This document shows positions 18,676 through 28,304 of a DNA stretch of 41,275 nt, piece by piece. A program made the position numbers and the translations under genes. Source of the stretch: Chthoniobacterales bacterium (GTDB lineage: Bacteria; Verrucomicrobiota; Verrucomicrobiia; Chthoniobacterales; UBA10450); contig JBDTIQ010000116.1 in NCBI GenBank assembly GCA_039936335.1, positions 1-41,275 on the forward strand, in the 5' to 3' direction. How positions within the stretch are numbered: position 1 is the first letter of the stretch; each line of letters begins with the position of its first letter. The notes under the pieces were generated by a model. It was not told where the DNA came from, did not search any database, and worked only from the letters and a program-made list of their open reading frames with translations.

Positions 18676-19707
18676 TCAAGGAGAAGCGAGGAGCGCGAGC
18701 GATTTGCCTTCGCGATGCTCCACCTGGTCGAGCGTGCATTGCCGCGGCGCTTTGTCTTTGCGCCAGCGGACGATCTTCGTCCCATGCCGAAAACGGCCAC
18801 CGGTGAAATGATCGTAGGTGACCTCAACAACCACCGTCGGATCGACCGGCTCCCATTCGCCGCTCCGCTCCGTGCTCCAGCGGCTCGGGCCACCCGGCGC
18901 GTTGCCGGTAAAGCCGGGCGGCTTCTTCAGCGCCTCGAACTTTTTCGTTAGGGCGGCTTTCTCGCTCGCCTTGAACGCCGACGTAAAGCCGACGTGATTA
19001 AGCAACCCTTCGTCATCGTAGAGCCCGAGCAAAAGCGAACCGATTACGCGCCCGCTGCTCGCATAACGGAATCCGCCGACGACGCAATCGACGGTGCGGA
19101 TCTGCTTGATCTTCACCATCGCGGTTCGCTCTCCGGAGGCGTAGGCGGCATCAGTGCGTTTCGCGATGATGCCGTCGAGATTCCCGCCGACTTTCTCAAA
19201 CCATTTCTGCGCCTGCCGGAGATCAGTCGTGGCGGGCGAGAGGCGGATTTGCTTTTCGTTAGGGAAAAATTTCCCAGCGAACTTCTCGAGCAAGGCGCGG
19301 CGTTTCTCCAGCGGACTCTCCACAAGCGACTTGCCGTCGGTGCCGGCAAGCAGATCGAAGACGATAAACATCGCCGGATGCGCGGCGGCCAGTTTTTGCA
19401 CGCGACTGGCGGCGGGATGGAGCCGGAGTTCCAGCTCATCGAACGAAAGCGCACCGCCGATCGAGATGACGAGTTCGCCATCGAGGACGAACTGCTTCGC
19501 TTTCAGCTCGCACAACGCCCTAACGATATCCGGAAAATAGCGCGCGAGCGGCTGGCCGGCTTTGGATTGCAGGTAAATCTCGTCGCCGTCGCGAAAGGCG
19601 AGGCAACGGAAGCCGTCCCATTTCGGCTCGTATTGCCAGCCATCGCCGCTCGGAATCTCGTCGGCCGAGCGCGCTTCCATCGGCGGGAGGGGAGGTTTAA
19701 CAGGCAT
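18676..19707 (-). CDS. ATP-dependent DNA ligase (stand-alone ligase domain plus OB fold)
   Basis: Adenylation motif I EPKWDGFR, plus FVLDGELV, MFIVFDLL, LDGIIAKR and MVKIK. The likely start is ATG at 19707 (MPVKPPLPPMEA), because the longer ORF extension runs into a repeat element. Confidence 0.85.
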   Translation of the reverse strand: MPVKPPLPPMEARSADEIPSGDGWQYEPKWDGFRCLAFRDGDEIYLQSKAGQPLARYFPDIVRALCELKAKQFVLDGELVISIGGALSFDELELRLHPAASRVQKLAAAHPAMFIVFDLLAGTDGKSLVESPLEKRRALLEKFAGKFFPNEKQIRLSPATTDLRQAQKWFEKVGGNLDGIIAKRTDAAYASGERTAMVKIKQIRTVDCVVGGFRYASSGRVIGSLLLGLYDDEGLLNHVGFTSAFKASEKAALTKKFEALKKPPGFTGNAPGGPSRWSTERSGEWEPVDPTVVVEVTYDHFTGGRFRHGTKIVRWRKDKAPRQCTLDQVEHREGKSLALLASP

Positions 19708-19714
19708 CGGCGAA

Positions 19715-19818
19715 CGTAGCACAGCCGTCTCGGCTGCGGGGCGACCCCGCATCTTGCCCGGTCATTGAAACAGCGGGCGAGACGCCCGCTGGCCCACAGG
19801 CAAGATGCCTGTGCTACG
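19715..19818. repeat. Family-3 palindromic element, copy A
   Basis: CGTAGCACAG...GCATCTTGCCCGG ... CCCACAGGCAAGATGCCTGTGCTACG. It lies between the ligase start and the stop of the upstream gene. Confidence 0.8.
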
Positions 19819-20425
19819 GCGCATAGCGGCGCGGCTCCAGTTTCGGTGGTCGTTTACCCTTTCGCGTCGCGCCAGCTACGGGGATGTAACTAAGTTCGCT
19901 ACGATCGACCGCGCAGCGCAGGAGTAACCCACCGCGGCTCATGTCGCCGCGCCCGACGAAGTCCGCCGGGAAACGCAACCGCTCCTGCAGGATCTTGAGC
20001 ATCACGCCGACATACTTGCCGGTCGCGATGCTGCCGAGCAGCACCACGTCGCACGTCGGCGATAGTTGCCTAACGAGCCTGTGCAGGTCCCGTTCGAGCG
20101 GTTTACGATAACGCGGTTCGTCGTCCGCGATGTCGACTTCGGCAAACTCGCGCAGGTCCGCCAGCGTGACAGTGGTCGTCGCCGGCACGAGGCCGCGGGT
20201 CGGCGTGATCACGAGCACCCGTTCGAAATCGGTCGCGAACGTATTCGCGTAAGCCAGTTTTCCGCGAAAATAGAGACCGCTGAGAAAGGTAAAAACTTCG
20301 CCTAACGACACCGCCTCGCCCGTGCGCAGACGCTGCGCGAGCGCGAACTGCGCGCGATCATTCAGGAGCATCTGCGCGCGGCGGCCGCCGGCGTAGGCGG
20401 GCGAGAGGAGAAAGGTCCGCGGCAT
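19814..20425 (-). CDS. Conserved-looking hypothetical protein, immediately upstream of the ligase
   Basis: ORF 19814..20494. The likely start is ATG at 20425 (MPRTFLLSPAYAGG). I recognise no family motifs. Its TAG stop lies in the terminus of a palindromic element. Confidence 0.5.
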   Translation of the reverse strand: MPRTFLLSPAYAGGRRAQMLLNDRAQFALAQRLRTGEAVSLGEVFTFLSGLYFRGKLAYANTFATDFERVLVITPTRGLVPATTTVTLADLREFAEVDIADDEPRYRKPLERDLHRLVRQLSPTCDVVLLGSIATGKYVGVMLKILQERLRFPADFVGRGDMSRGGLLLRCAVDRSELSYIPVAGATRKGKRPPKLEPRRYAP

Positions 20426-20496
20426 CAGAGAAGGTAGCGCGAGCACCCAGCTTGCGAGGATTGTAGAAGCACGTAAGCGGAAAGCTCGCGCCACTC

Positions 20497-21687
20497 ATGA
20501 AATCCGGTTTTCTCGAAAAATTGATCGAACGCCTCGGCCGCGTCGGGCCGGAGGAAGTGCAGAGTTACCTGCTGCGCCTCGCGCAGGAGAAAGGGTTTCT
20601 CGAGACGATTTTCAATTCCATTCAGGAAGGAATCATCGTCACCGACGCGACGGGCCGGATCACTTATTTGAACGACGCCGCCTGCGAGATGTTCGGGCTC
20701 GACGGCGACAAATCGATCGGCAAACCGCTCGAGGAACGGGTGCGGGGACTCGATTGGAAGGCGCTCTCGCAATCCGACGCGGTCTTGAGCCGGGACATGG
20801 AGATTTTTTATCCCGCAAACCGGTTCATCAATTTCTACGTCGTGCCGCTTATGATTGAACGGCGGACCGACAGCGCCCCGCCTAACGAATCCGTGGCCGA
20901 GCGCGTCGGCCACGCCATGATCCTGCGCGACATCACGGAAAGCCGGCGCACGACCGAGCAGACGATCGAGTCAGAGCGGTTTTCCGCGCTCACTTTGCTC
21001 GCCGCGGGCGTGGCGCATGAGATCGGGAATCCGCTAAACTCGCTCCACATCCACCTGCAATTAATGGAGCGCAAAGTGCGCAAGCTCAGTGCCGTCGAAG
21101 ACAAGCGCGAGCTGCAAAACTCGATCGACATCGCGCGAGCGGAAATCAACCGGCTCGACTCGATCGTGACGCAATTTCTGCGCGCTATCCGGCCGTCGAA
21201 GCCGCAGCTCCAGCCGGAAAACGTGAACGCGCTCCTCGAGGAGACGCTGCGCTTTTTCGAGCCGGAGATTCACGATCGCGACATCGTGGTCGAGACGGAG
21301 CTGCGGGACGATCTGCCGCCGCTCCAGCTCGATCGCGACCAGATGAAGCAGGTCTTTTACAACGCGATCAAGAACAGCTTCGAGGCAATGAAGCGCCGCG
21401 GGATTTTGCGCATCCGGACCGACCGGGACGACACGCATGTGAAAATCAGTTTCACGGACACCGGCGGCGGGATTTCACCGGAAGACCTGAGCCGGGTGTT
21501 CGAGCCGTATTTCACGACGAAGAGTGGCGGATCGGGGTTGGGTTTGTTGATCGTGAGGCGAATCGTGCGGGAGCACGGGGGAGAGCTGGCGATCGAGAGT
21601 GCGGAAGGCAAGGGGCTGACGTTGACGATTCGGCTCCCGTTTTTGGATCAGCGGGTGCGGATGCTGCCGGATAAGGCAGAGGCATGA
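20497..21687 (+). CDS. PAS-domain sensor histidine kinase
   Basis: PAS-like IFNSIQEGIIVTDATGRITYLNDAACEMFG, H-box AHEIGNPLNSL, and ATPase motifs DTGGGI and GSGLGL. Confidence 0.85.
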   Translation: MKSGFLEKLIERLGRVGPEEVQSYLLRLAQEKGFLETIFNSIQEGIIVTDATGRITYLNDAACEMFGLDGDKSIGKPLEERVRGLDWKALSQSDAVLSRDMEIFYPANRFINFYVVPLMIERRTDSAPPNESVAERVGHAMILRDITESRRTTEQTIESERFSALTLLAAGVAHEIGNPLNSLHIHLQLMERKVRKLSAVEDKRELQNSIDIARAEINRLDSIVTQFLRAIRPSKPQLQPENVNALLEETLRFFEPEIHDRDIVVETELRDDLPPLQLDRDQMKQVFYNAIKNSFEAMKRRGILRIRTDRDDTHVKISFTDTGGGISPEDLSRVFEPYFTTKSGGSGLGLLIVRRIVREHGGELAIESAEGKGLTLTIRLPFLDQRVRMLPDKAEA

Positions 21688-21693
21688 TGTCTT

Positions 21694-21764
21694 ACAGAAG
21701 GTAACAAAGGAAACAAAGACGACTCGCCATCCATCCCTTCTTCGTTGTCTTCGTTTCCTTCTGT
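21694..21764. repeat. Imperfect purine/pyrimidine-rich hairpin between kinase and regulator genes
   Basis: ACAGAAGGTAACAAAGGAAACAAAGACGA ... CCCTTCTTCGTTGTCTTCGTTTCCTTCTGT. Confidence 0.5.
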
Positions 21765-21780
21765 TCCACTGTTTGCCTGA

Positions 21781-23202
21781 ATGGAACCGACCGTTCTGAT
21801 TGTCGACGACGAGAAGCACACCCGCGATGGGTTGCGGACATTGTTAGGCGACAACTACGACACCTACGTCGCCGCCGATGTCGCGAGCGCCCTCGAGGTG
21901 CTGACGCGCGATGAGATCGACGTGCTCATTACCGATCTCCGGCTCGGCGGCGAGGACGGAATGACGCTGATCGAGCGCGCGCTGAAACTCCCGCACCCGC
22001 CGGTTTGCATCATGATGACGGCCTACGGTTCCGTCGATACCGCGGTCGAGGCGATGAAACGCGGCGCCTACGATTTCGTGACGAAGCCGCTCAACCTCGA
22101 CAAGGTGGAAATGCTCGTGGCCCGCGCGCTCGGCAGCCGCCGCCTCGAACAGGAAAATCGGCAGCTCCGCCAGCAAGTGGATGAACGTTTCGCGCTCGAA
22201 AATATTCTCGGTGAATCCGAAACGTTGCGCGAAGTACTCGACACGATTCGGCAGGTGGCGCCGTCGTCGGCCAACGTCCTGATCGAAGGCGAGAGCGGGA
22301 CCGGCAAGGAGCTTGCAGCCCAGGCGGTCCATAATCTGAGCCGGCGGCACAAGGGCAAATTCGTTACGGTGCATTGCGCGGCGCTCTCGCCGCAGTTGCT
22401 CGAGAGCGAACTCTTCGGACACGAGCGCGGCGCATTCACGGGCGCGCACGAGCGCCGGATCGGGCGGTTCGAGCAGGCGAACGGCGGCACGGTTTTCCTC
22501 GACGAAATCGGCGAGATCGACGCGAGCACACAGGTGAAATTGCTCCGCGTGATCAGCGAAGAGCGTGCCTTCGAGCGCGTCGGCGGATCGCAAATGCTGC
22601 GCGCCGATGTGCGCCTGATCGCGGCGACGAACAGAAATCTCGAGCAGCTGGTGAGCGAAGGAAAATTTCGCGACGATCTCTATTTTCGCCTCAATGTCGT
22701 GAAGATCACGATGCCGCCGTTGCGCACGCGGAAGGAAGATATTCCACTTCTCGTTAGGTCGTTTTTGCGGCATTTCTCGAAGGTGAACGAACGGCCGGTG
22801 CTCGAGATCACCGCTGACGCAATGAACACGCTGCTCACTTACGATTGGCCGGGAAACGTGCGGGAGTTGCGCACGGCGATCGAGCACGGCGTGGTCATGG
22901 CGACCGGGACGAAGGTGACTTTGCGCGACTTGCCGGCAGCGGTCCGCGCGGCCAGTGGCGCGCCGCTCCCAGCCGGGATCACGCGCACGAAGGCCTTCGA
23001 TGAAAAGGCCAGCCCGCTCGATTTGGCCGCGTCTGAGAAACGCCTGATCATGCAGGCGCTCGCTGCGACGAACGGCAACATCACGGCCGCGGCGAAGAAG
23101 CTGGGCATCAGCCGGCGCACGTTGCATCGTAAGATCAACGAAATGGATGAGGACAAATCCGAAGCTCGAAATCCGAAATCCGAAACAAATTCGAATGACT
23201 GA
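21781..23202 (+). CDS. Sigma-54-dependent response regulator (NtrC family)
   Basis: REC domain (LIVDDEK...DVLITDLRL), AAA+ domain (GESGTGKE, GAFTGA, ESELFGHE), and a C-terminal Fis-type HTH (NITAAAKKLGISRRTLHRKI). The last ~15 codons and the TGA stop lie in a palindromic element. Confidence 0.9.
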   Translation: MEPTVLIVDDEKHTRDGLRTLLGDNYDTYVAADVASALEVLTRDEIDVLITDLRLGGEDGMTLIERALKLPHPPVCIMMTAYGSVDTAVEAMKRGAYDFVTKPLNLDKVEMLVARALGSRRLEQENRQLRQQVDERFALENILGESETLREVLDTIRQVAPSSANVLIEGESGTGKELAAQAVHNLSRRHKGKFVTVHCAALSPQLLESELFGHERGAFTGAHERRIGRFEQANGGTVFLDEIGEIDASTQVKLLRVISEERAFERVGGSQMLRADVRLIAATNRNLEQLVSEGKFRDDLYFRLNVVKITMPPLRTRKEDIPLLVRSFLRHFSKVNERPVLEITADAMNTLLTYDWPGNVRELRTAIEHGVVMATGTKVTLRDLPAAVRAASGAPLPAGITRTKAFDEKASPLDLAASEKRLIMQALAATNGNITAAAKKLGISRRTLHRKINEMDEDKSEARNPKSETNSND

Positions 23203-23314
23203 AATTCAAAATTCGAAACTGCCGTGCGCCGGCCATACCCTAGTGTCGAGTTTCGATATTCCAATTTCGAGCTTCGGATTTGTTTCGGATTTCGATATTC
23301 GGATTTCGGATTTT
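23155..23314. repeat. Family-4 long imperfect palindrome built from AATCCGAAA / TTTCGGATT modules
   Basis: Left half AAATCCGAAGCTCGAAATCCGAAATCCGAAACAAATTCGAA... mirrors right half ...TTCGAGCTTCGGATTTGTTTCGGATTTCGATATTCGGATTTCGGATTTT. Confidence 0.8.
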
Positions 23315-23321
23315 CTCCCCG

Positions 23322-25061
23322 ATGCCCGGTAGCGCCGATCTCATTCAAAACGCGATCCACGCCCTCGAAGCAGGTGACGCGGCGGCCTGGGTGAAACGCA
23401 CGCTCGTCGCGCTCGCCCTCATCGGCCTCTCGCTCTTTTATTTGCTCCACGAGTTCAACGGTCTGGCCACTTCGCAGGCGATGGATCAGGCGCAGATCGG
23501 GCGTGAAATCATGCGGGGCCACGGCTGGGCGACGAAGTTCGCGCGACCGCTCGCCGCCGGGCAACTGCAGCGTCACGGGAAGGATGTCGCGCTGAGAATC
23601 TGGACCGATACATATAACGCGCCGCTCCCACCGCTGCTCGATGCGCTCGCGCTCCTGCCGGTAAAAAATAGCCTCAAGATGAGGCCGCGCGATATCGTGT
23701 ACGCTGGCGACAGAGCGATCGCGGCGCTTTCGATCCTGTTCTTCATCGCGTCGGTCGCGGTTTTATTTTTGATCGCGCGCCGGCTCTTCGACTCGCAACT
23801 CGCGCTGCTCAGTTGCGGTCTCGTTCTGGTCTGCGACACGATCTGGCAGTACTCGCTCTCCGGTTTGCCGCAGATGCTGCTCCTGCTGCTTTTCAACCTG
23901 ACGATCTACCTGCTGGTGCGCGCAATCGAAGCGCAGACCGAGGGACGCCCGCTCGCTCTCTGGCTCGCGCTCGCCGGCGTGGGCTTCGGTTTGCTGGCGT
24001 TGACCCACGCCCTAACGATCTGGATTTTTATCGCCGCGCTGATCTTCTGCGCGATTTATTTTCGGCCGCGCGTCTGGGCGGCGATCCTCGTGCTCGCGCC
24101 CTTCGTCCTGCTGTACGCGCCGTGGCTGATTCGAAATTATCTCGTCTGCGGCAATCCGGGCGGCGTCGCGATTTACTCGTTTTTCGATCACATCGGGATG
24201 AGCGAAGCCGCGCATATGCGGCATCTCGCGATCGATTATCATGGGTTTTCGATTGGATTCTGGCGGAACAAAATCGCGGGCAATCTCGTCGACCAGATCG
24301 GCCGGATTTTTCATTACTTCGGCTGGAACGTGGTCGCGCTCTTCTTTTTCGCGGGGCTGCTGCATCCGTTCCGCCGCACCGAAACGGCGGCGCGCTGGCT
24401 TGTCCTCGTGCTGTGGTTTGGCGCCGTCGTAGGGATGGCTGTTTACGGCCTCAACGACGAGCTGGGATTCGCCGCGAATCAATTGCACCTTCTTTTCATG
24501 CCGATCATGACCTGCTTCGGGTTGGCCTTTCTCCTCGTGCAATGGAGCCGCTCCGGAATCGAATCCCGGCTCGCCCGCAGCGGGTTTCTCGTGCTGCTGT
24601 TCCTCCTCTGCGGAGTGCCGATGCTGGTGACGACGGTTTTTTCTTCATCGAAAGGGAGCATCCGCTGGCCACCGTATGTGCCGCCTTACATCGCGGTAAT
24701 CGGCGATTGGATGCAGCCTAACGAAATCACCGCAACCGACATGCCCTGGGCTGTGGCCTGGTATGCGGATCGCAAGGCGGTCTGGCTGCCGGATACGATT
24801 CGCGCCTACACGGAAGACAACGACTACAACCTCTTCGGCGGGCCGATCAACGCGATCTACCTCACGCCGATCAGCGGCAGCCAGAACACGCTCCGCGACA
24901 TCCTGAAAGGCGGCTATCGCGACTGGGCGCCGGTGATTTTGCGCAGCGTGGATTTGCAAAAGTTCCCGTTGAAATGGGCGACGCTCCTCGGGCTGGAGAA
25001 CGAATGTGTTTTTTTCAGCGATCACGATCGGCAGAAGATCAACACCAGCACCGGACCATGA
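23322..25061 (+). CDS. Polytopic membrane glycosyltransferase, GT39/ArnT-PMT-like
   Basis: About 580 aa with more than 10 hydrophobic segments and overall ArnT/PMT-like architecture. The likely start is ATG at 23322 (MPGSADL), just past the repeat. The stop overlaps the glmM start (ATGA at 25058-25061). Confidence 0.6.
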   Translation: MPGSADLIQNAIHALEAGDAAAWVKRTLVALALIGLSLFYLLHEFNGLATSQAMDQAQIGREIMRGHGWATKFARPLAAGQLQRHGKDVALRIWTDTYNAPLPPLLDALALLPVKNSLKMRPRDIVYAGDRAIAALSILFFIASVAVLFLIARRLFDSQLALLSCGLVLVCDTIWQYSLSGLPQMLLLLLFNLTIYLLVRAIEAQTEGRPLALWLALAGVGFGLLALTHALTIWIFIAALIFCAIYFRPRVWAAILVLAPFVLLYAPWLIRNYLVCGNPGGVAIYSFFDHIGMSEAAHMRHLAIDYHGFSIGFWRNKIAGNLVDQIGRIFHYFGWNVVALFFFAGLLHPFRRTETAARWLVLVLWFGAVVGMAVYGLNDELGFAANQLHLLFMPIMTCFGLAFLLVQWSRSGIESRLARSGFLVLLFLLCGVPMLVTTVFSSSKGSIRWPPYVPPYIAVIGDWMQPNEITATDMPWAVAWYADRKAVWLPDTIRAYTEDNDYNLFGGPINAIYLTPISGSQNTLRDILKGGYRDWAPVILRSVDLQKFPLKWATLLGLENECVFFSDHDRQKINTSTGP

Positions 25062-26449
25062 GCGCATCGACGAAGAGAAAGATTTTCGGGACCGACGGGG
25101 TCCGCGGCGTGGCCAATGTCGAGCCGGTTACGGCCGAAACCGCGCTCAAACTGGGGCGCGCCGCCGCGCATGTTTTCACGCAGCTGAACCCGCGCGAACA
25201 TCCCGCCGGGCTGCGCCCGAAGGTCGTGATCGGGAAAGACACGCGCCTTTCCGGTTACATGCTGGAGAACGCGCTCGTCGCTGGGATCACTTCGTTAGGC
25301 GTGGATGTGCTCGTGATCGGGCCGTTGCCGAGCCCGGGCGTCGCTTACATCACGCGTTCGCTTCGCGCCGACGCCGGCATTGTGCTCTCCGCGTCGCACA
25401 ATTCCTACGAGGACAACGGCATCAAATTTTTCCGGCACGACGGCTACAAGCTCGATGACGCGGTCGAGCGACAGATCGAGCAGCTCGTCTTCACCGGGGA
25501 GATCGATTCGGTCCGGCCGACTGCCGGAAAAATCGGGCGCGCCACCCGCATCGACGACGCGCTCGGGCGTTACGTGGAGTTCGCGAAAGCCAGTTTCCCG
25601 AGAAGACTTTCGCTCGAGAAAATGCGGATCGCGGTCGATGTCGCGAACGGCGCCGGCTACAAGTCGACGCCGTGCATTTTGCGCGAGCTCGGCGCCGATC
25701 TGACCGTTGCGCATAACGAACCGAACGGCACCAACATCAACGCCCAATGCGGCAGCACCTATCCCGAGGAAATTCAGCGGCTCGTTAGGCAAAGCGGCGC
25801 ACAAGTCGGGATCGCGAATGACGGCGACGCCGATCGCGTCCTGCTCTGCGACGAGAATGGCGCAGTGGTCTATGGTGACGAAATTCTCGCGATCGCTTCG
25901 GTCGACCTACTGAGCCGCGGGCAGCTCGCCGAGGAGACGCTCGTGGCCACGATCATGAGTAACTTCGGGCTGGACGAAGCGCTCGCCGCGCACGGCGGGA
26001 AAGTGGTGCGCACGAAAGTCGGCGATCGTTACGTGATCGAGGAAATGGTGCGCCGGAACCTGAATCTCGGCGGCGAGCAGAGCGGCCACATGATTTTTCG
26101 GGATTTCACCACGACCGGCGACGGCATCATCAGCGCGCTCCAGATTTTGCGGATCATGCAGGAGACGGGGAAATCGTTAGGCGAATTGAAAAAGTGCCTG
26201 ACGAAATATCCGCAGGCGCAGCGCAATCTGCGGGTGAAAGCAAAGCCGCCGCTCGAAGAGTTGCCGACGGTGATGAAGCTGGTGAATGCGGCCGAGAAAG
26301 AACTCAGCGGCAAGGGCCGTGTGCTACTGCGTTACTCCGGCACGGAACCGAAAATTCGCCTCCTGATCGAAGGCCGCGACCACGCGCAAATTGATCGTCA
26401 GGCTGATCAAATTGCCGAGGAAATTCAACGCGCGCTTGGCCTGCCTTAA
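25058..26449 (+). CDS. glmM: Phosphoglucosamine mutase
   Basis: MSASTKRKIFGTDGVRGVAN N-terminus, phosphoserine loop LSASHNSYEDNGIKFF, and GDADR metal loop (ANDGDADRVL). Confidence 0.92.
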   Translation: MSASTKRKIFGTDGVRGVANVEPVTAETALKLGRAAAHVFTQLNPREHPAGLRPKVVIGKDTRLSGYMLENALVAGITSLGVDVLVIGPLPSPGVAYITRSLRADAGIVLSASHNSYEDNGIKFFRHDGYKLDDAVERQIEQLVFTGEIDSVRPTAGKIGRATRIDDALGRYVEFAKASFPRRLSLEKMRIAVDVANGAGYKSTPCILRELGADLTVAHNEPNGTNINAQCGSTYPEEIQRLVRQSGAQVGIANDGDADRVLLCDENGAVVYGDEILAIASVDLLSRGQLAEETLVATIMSNFGLDEALAAHGGKVVRTKVGDRYVIEEMVRRNLNLGGEQSGHMIFRDFTTTGDGIISALQILRIMQETGKSLGELKKCLTKYPQAQRNLRVKAKPPLEELPTVMKLVNAAEKELSGKGRVLLRYSGTEPKIRLLIEGRDHAQIDRQADQIAEEIQRALGLP

Positions 26450-26468
26450 CGAATGAGCCGCTCTCCTT

Positions 26469-26580
26469 GTCATCCTGAGCCGCCGCAGGACGGCGAAGGA
26501 CCTCACAATCGTTTTTGTGCTCTTTTTGCGCAGGACGAGCCGAAAGGCGCTTGCGAGGTCCTTCGCTTCGCTCAGGATGA
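26469..26580. repeat. Family-1 palindromic element, copy 7
   Basis: GTCATCCTGAGCCGCCGCAGGACGGCGAAGGACCTCACAATCG ... CTTGCGAGGTCCTTCGCTTCGCTCAGGATGAC. It lies between glmM and scpB. Confidence 0.9.
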
Positions 26581-26621
26581 CAACTGTGATGGGCCCTCGT
26601 TTTTGGGCCAATGATATACGC

Positions 26622-27287
26622 ATGAACCTCTCGCAAGTCGTCGAAGCGCTTCTTTTCAGCGCGCAAAAACCGCTCACTCCGCGCGAAATCGCGAGCGCGC
26701 TCAAAGGCGCCGGCGCGGAAGACGAGCTCGTGCCTAACGAATTCGCGAAGACGGACGAGGCCGAAGTAGCGGCCGCGCTCGAGCAATTGAAAATCGGCTG
26801 CATCGAACAGCAGCGCGCGTTTCAGCTCGTCGAAAAAGCGGAAGGCTGGCAGTTCGCGAGCGATCCGCAGTATGCAAACTGGGTGCGGCAACTTTTCCCG
26901 GCCGTAAAACCGGCGCGCCTCACGCCACCGTCGCTCGAGACGCTGGCCATCATCGCCTATCGTCAGCCGATCACGCGCGCCGATGTCGAGGCCGTCCGCG
27001 GCGTCGCGATCGAGAGTGTGCTCCAGACTTTGATGGAGCGCGGTCTCGTGAAGATCGCCGGCCGCGCCGAGGTCCCGGGCCGGCCGTTGCTTTACGAGAC
27101 GACGCAGTTTTTTCTCGAACACTTCGGGCTGCGCGACCTCGATGAGCTCCCAAATTCCGATGAGCTGAAACGCCGCGAGCTGCCCACGGCGCCGCTCCCA
27201 GTCGAGTCTCAACCTGCGCCCGAACTGGTGATCGCTCCCGTGCCTAACGAAACCGAAACTCCATCCAATCATGTCGAATCCAACTGA
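26622..27287 (+). CDS. scpB: Segregation and condensation protein B
   Basis: VEALLFSAQKPLTPREI...SLETLAIIAYRQPITRADVEAVRGV...GRPLLYETTQFFLEHFGL. The start ATG at 26622 lies downstream of a repeat element. Confidence 0.85.
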   Translation: MNLSQVVEALLFSAQKPLTPREIASALKGAGAEDELVPNEFAKTDEAEVAAALEQLKIGCIEQQRAFQLVEKAEGWQFASDPQYANWVRQLFPAVKPARLTPPSLETLAIIAYRQPITRADVEAVRGVAIESVLQTLMERGLVKIAGRAEVPGRPLLYETTQFFLEHFGLRDLDELPNSDELKRRELPTAPLPVESQPAPELVIAPVPNETETPSNHVESN

Positions 27288-28278
27288 TCCCGCTGCACCC
27301 AACCCGCGCCGTCTGTTCGAGCTGGCCTGGGGTTACGCTCCGCCCATTATCATCAGCGCCGCGATCGAGCATCGCGTCTGCGATCTGCTCGCGAGCGGGC
27401 CAAAAACGGTCGAGGAAGTGAGCGCGCAAAATGGCGCGTCGAGGCGCGGTTTGCGCATCCTGATGAATGCGCTCGTCGCGCTGGAGTTGCTGCGAAAAGA
27501 CGCGGAGGGACGTTATGCGCTCACGCCCGAAAGCGAGACTTTCCTGGTTCGCGGCAAGCCGGGTTATCTTGGCGGCTTCGCGCAGCACGGCGACAAGCTG
27601 ATTCCAAAATGGGTGCAGCTAAAAGAGATCGTGCGCACCGGGAAGCCGGCCGTCACGGTCGATCAGGAAGGCGATGGGACGGAATTTTTCGAGGCGTTCG
27701 TCGAGGATCTTTTTCCGGTTGGTTATCCTGCGGCGCAGGCGCTGGCCGCTGCGCTCCCAGGAAAAAAACGCATTCTCGATCTCGCCGCAGGTTCCGGAGT
27801 CTGGAGCATTCCGTTCGCTCAACTGGCGCCCGACGTGCACGTGACCGCAGTTGATTGGCCGGGCGTGTTGCGGACGACTCGGAAAGTGACGGAGCGCTGC
27901 GGGGTGGCGTCGCAATACGAATTTCGGCCCGGCGATTTGCGCGAAGCCGGTTTTGGCAGCGGTTACGACGTCGCCGCGCTCGGTCAGATTTTGCACAGTG
28001 AAGGAGCGGAACGGAGCCGCGCATTGTTAGGCAAAACGTTCCGCGCGCTCGCGCCGGGAGGGACGATCGCGATCGCGGAGTTCCTCGCAAACGAAGATCG
28101 GAGCGGGCCACCAATGGCGATGCTCTTCGCGGTCAACATGTTGGTGAACACCGAGGAAGGCGACTCCTTCACGATGGCAGAAATTTCCGGCTGGCTGACT
28201 GAAGCGGGCTTTGTGGAACCGCGCGCTCTCGAGGTGCCGGCGCCATCGCCGCTGATTCTCGCGACCAAGCCGAAATAG
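27271..28278 (+). CDS. Class I SAM-dependent O-methyltransferase with N-terminal winged-helix dimerisation domain
   Basis: SAM motif ILDLAAGSGVWS. The N-terminal domain resembles the Methyltransf_2/COMT family. It overlaps the scpB end by 17 bp. Confidence 0.75.
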   Translation: MSNPTDPAAPNPRRLFELAWGYAPPIIISAAIEHRVCDLLASGPKTVEEVSAQNGASRRGLRILMNALVALELLRKDAEGRYALTPESETFLVRGKPGYLGGFAQHGDKLIPKWVQLKEIVRTGKPAVTVDQEGDGTEFFEAFVEDLFPVGYPAAQALAAALPGKKRILDLAAGSGVWSIPFAQLAPDVHVTAVDWPGVLRTTRKVTERCGVASQYEFRPGDLREAGFGSGYDVAALGQILHSEGAERSRALLGKTFRALAPGGTIAIAEFLANEDRSGPPMAMLFAVNMLVNTEEGDSFTMAEISGWLTEAGFVEPRALEVPAPSPLILATKPK

Positions 28279-28304
28279 CCTGGTCGCGAGCAGCGGTTGC
28301 GCGT

